NCBI GenBank assembly: GCA_035400585.1
Contig: DAOMZR010000001.1
Location: 63,347-127,346, forward strand
DNA from: a bacterium
GTDB lineage: Bacteria; Patescibacteriota; Patescibacteriia; Patescibacteriales; UBA12465
Length of the DNA: 64,000 nucleotides
Reading direction: 5' to 3'
The position numbers were made by a program, and so were the translations under genes. The notes under the pieces are model-generated. The model saw nothing but the letters and a program-made list of their open reading frames with translations, did no database searches and was not told the origin of the DNA. This document shows, piece by piece, positions 63,676 to 64,000 of this stretch; positions within the stretch are counted from its first letter, which is position 1, and each line of letters begins with the position of its first letter.

Positions 63676-64000
63676 ATGAAAGTTGTTCAAATACAATTTG
63701 CTTCTTGGGACAAAAAATATAATTTTGATCCAAGGGATTTAGATTTAAAAAAAGATGACATGGTGATAGTTGAAACTGAATTTGGTCAAGAAATTGGCAA
63801 GGTTTTTGATTTTAAGGAATTAAGTAGAGAAGAATTAGAAAAAATTGATGACGAAATTAAACCAGTTGTTAGATTAGCCGATGAATCTGATTTAATCAAA
63901 ATGGCTTCAGAAACTGAAAAAGAAGATGCTTTGGAATATTGTCGTAAATTAGTTAAAAAATATGACTTACCGATGAAGTTGGTTGATGTTCATTTTTCTT
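63676..64000 (+). CDS. PSP1-domain (RicT/YaaT-like) protein, 3' end cut by the window edge
   Basis: MKVVQIQFASWDKKYNFDPRDLDLKKDDMVIVETEFGQEIGKV fits the PSP1 N-terminal pattern. The frame is open to nt 64000. Confidence 0.6.
   Translation, partial: MKVVQIQFASWDKKYNFDPRDLDLKKDDMVIVETEFGQEIGKVFDFKELSREELEKIDDEIKPVVRLADESDLIKMASETEKEDALEYCRKLVKKYDLPMKLVDVHFS

Noticed and set aside
1-64000. CRISPR arrays, tRNA/rRNA genes, IS elements, integrases and prophage genes
   Set aside because: Reading the intergenic gaps (all 275 nt or shorter) showed no spaced direct repeats, no cloverleaf-capable GC-rich segments, and no transposase- or integrase-like ORFs. A covariance-model scan (tRNAscan-SE or Rfam) would be the decisive check.

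Overview
This is an AT-rich bacterial chromosome fragment using the standard genetic code: TGA, TAA and TAG all end well-supported genes, and an unframeshifted RF2 is encoded. I infer a Candidate Phyla Radiation / Patescibacteria (Parcubacteria-like) origin. The grounds are tightly packed genes, almost no Shine-Dalgarno sequences, many prepilin-type proteins, a DUF4012-type envelope protein, a ComEC without the metallo-beta-lactamase domain, and ribosomal and RNA polymerase proteins with Lys/Glu-rich tails. Gene order is as follows. (1) secA, cut at its 5' end by the window edge. (2) A pilin-like LVIVD-propeller gene split by one in-frame TAA. (3) A PspC-type membrane gene pair. (4) A glycan-assembly locus of about 23 kb (6045-29306). 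It holds 10 GT4 catalytic modules, UDP-xylose synthase, a UDP-GlcA 4-epimerase-like enzyme, two methyltransferases, an acetyltransferase, a Wzx-like flippase, an initiating phosphoglycosyl transferase, a Wzy_C/O-antigen-ligase-like TPR protein and a large polytopic membrane protein. A second pilin-like gene carrying a C-terminal Hint domain is embedded in it. (5) A small island with a HigB/HigA-type toxin-antitoxin pair and two beta-barrel-like secreted proteins. (6) prfB, comEC, rpmB and an M50 protease. (7) Two tandem pilin-like lectin genes (2x FISUMP and 2x DUF1566). (8) The infA-rpmJ-rpsM-rpsK-rpsD-rpoA-rplQ-rplM-rpsI block. (9) An envelope cluster (GT2, sigma-region-4/HARE-HTH protein, membrane protein, GT4, DUF4012, DUF11-like protein). 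(10) tgt, cysS and dus. (11) A secreted repeat protein and a fifth pilin-like lectin gene. (12) rpsB, tsf and a 3'-truncated PSP1-domain gene. I saw no rRNA, tRNA, CRISPR array, transposase or integrase. The most interesting signal is a five-member family of modular surface proteins. Each has a conserved pilin module of about 150 aa followed by an unrelated adhesin or lectin head. The family shows cassette-like DNA identity between members, a Hedgehog-like C-terminal Hint domain on one member, and an adjacent Wzy_C-family enzyme that could be a pilin O-oligosaccharyltransferase. All domain names come from motif recognition by eye; no HMM or BLAST search could be run.
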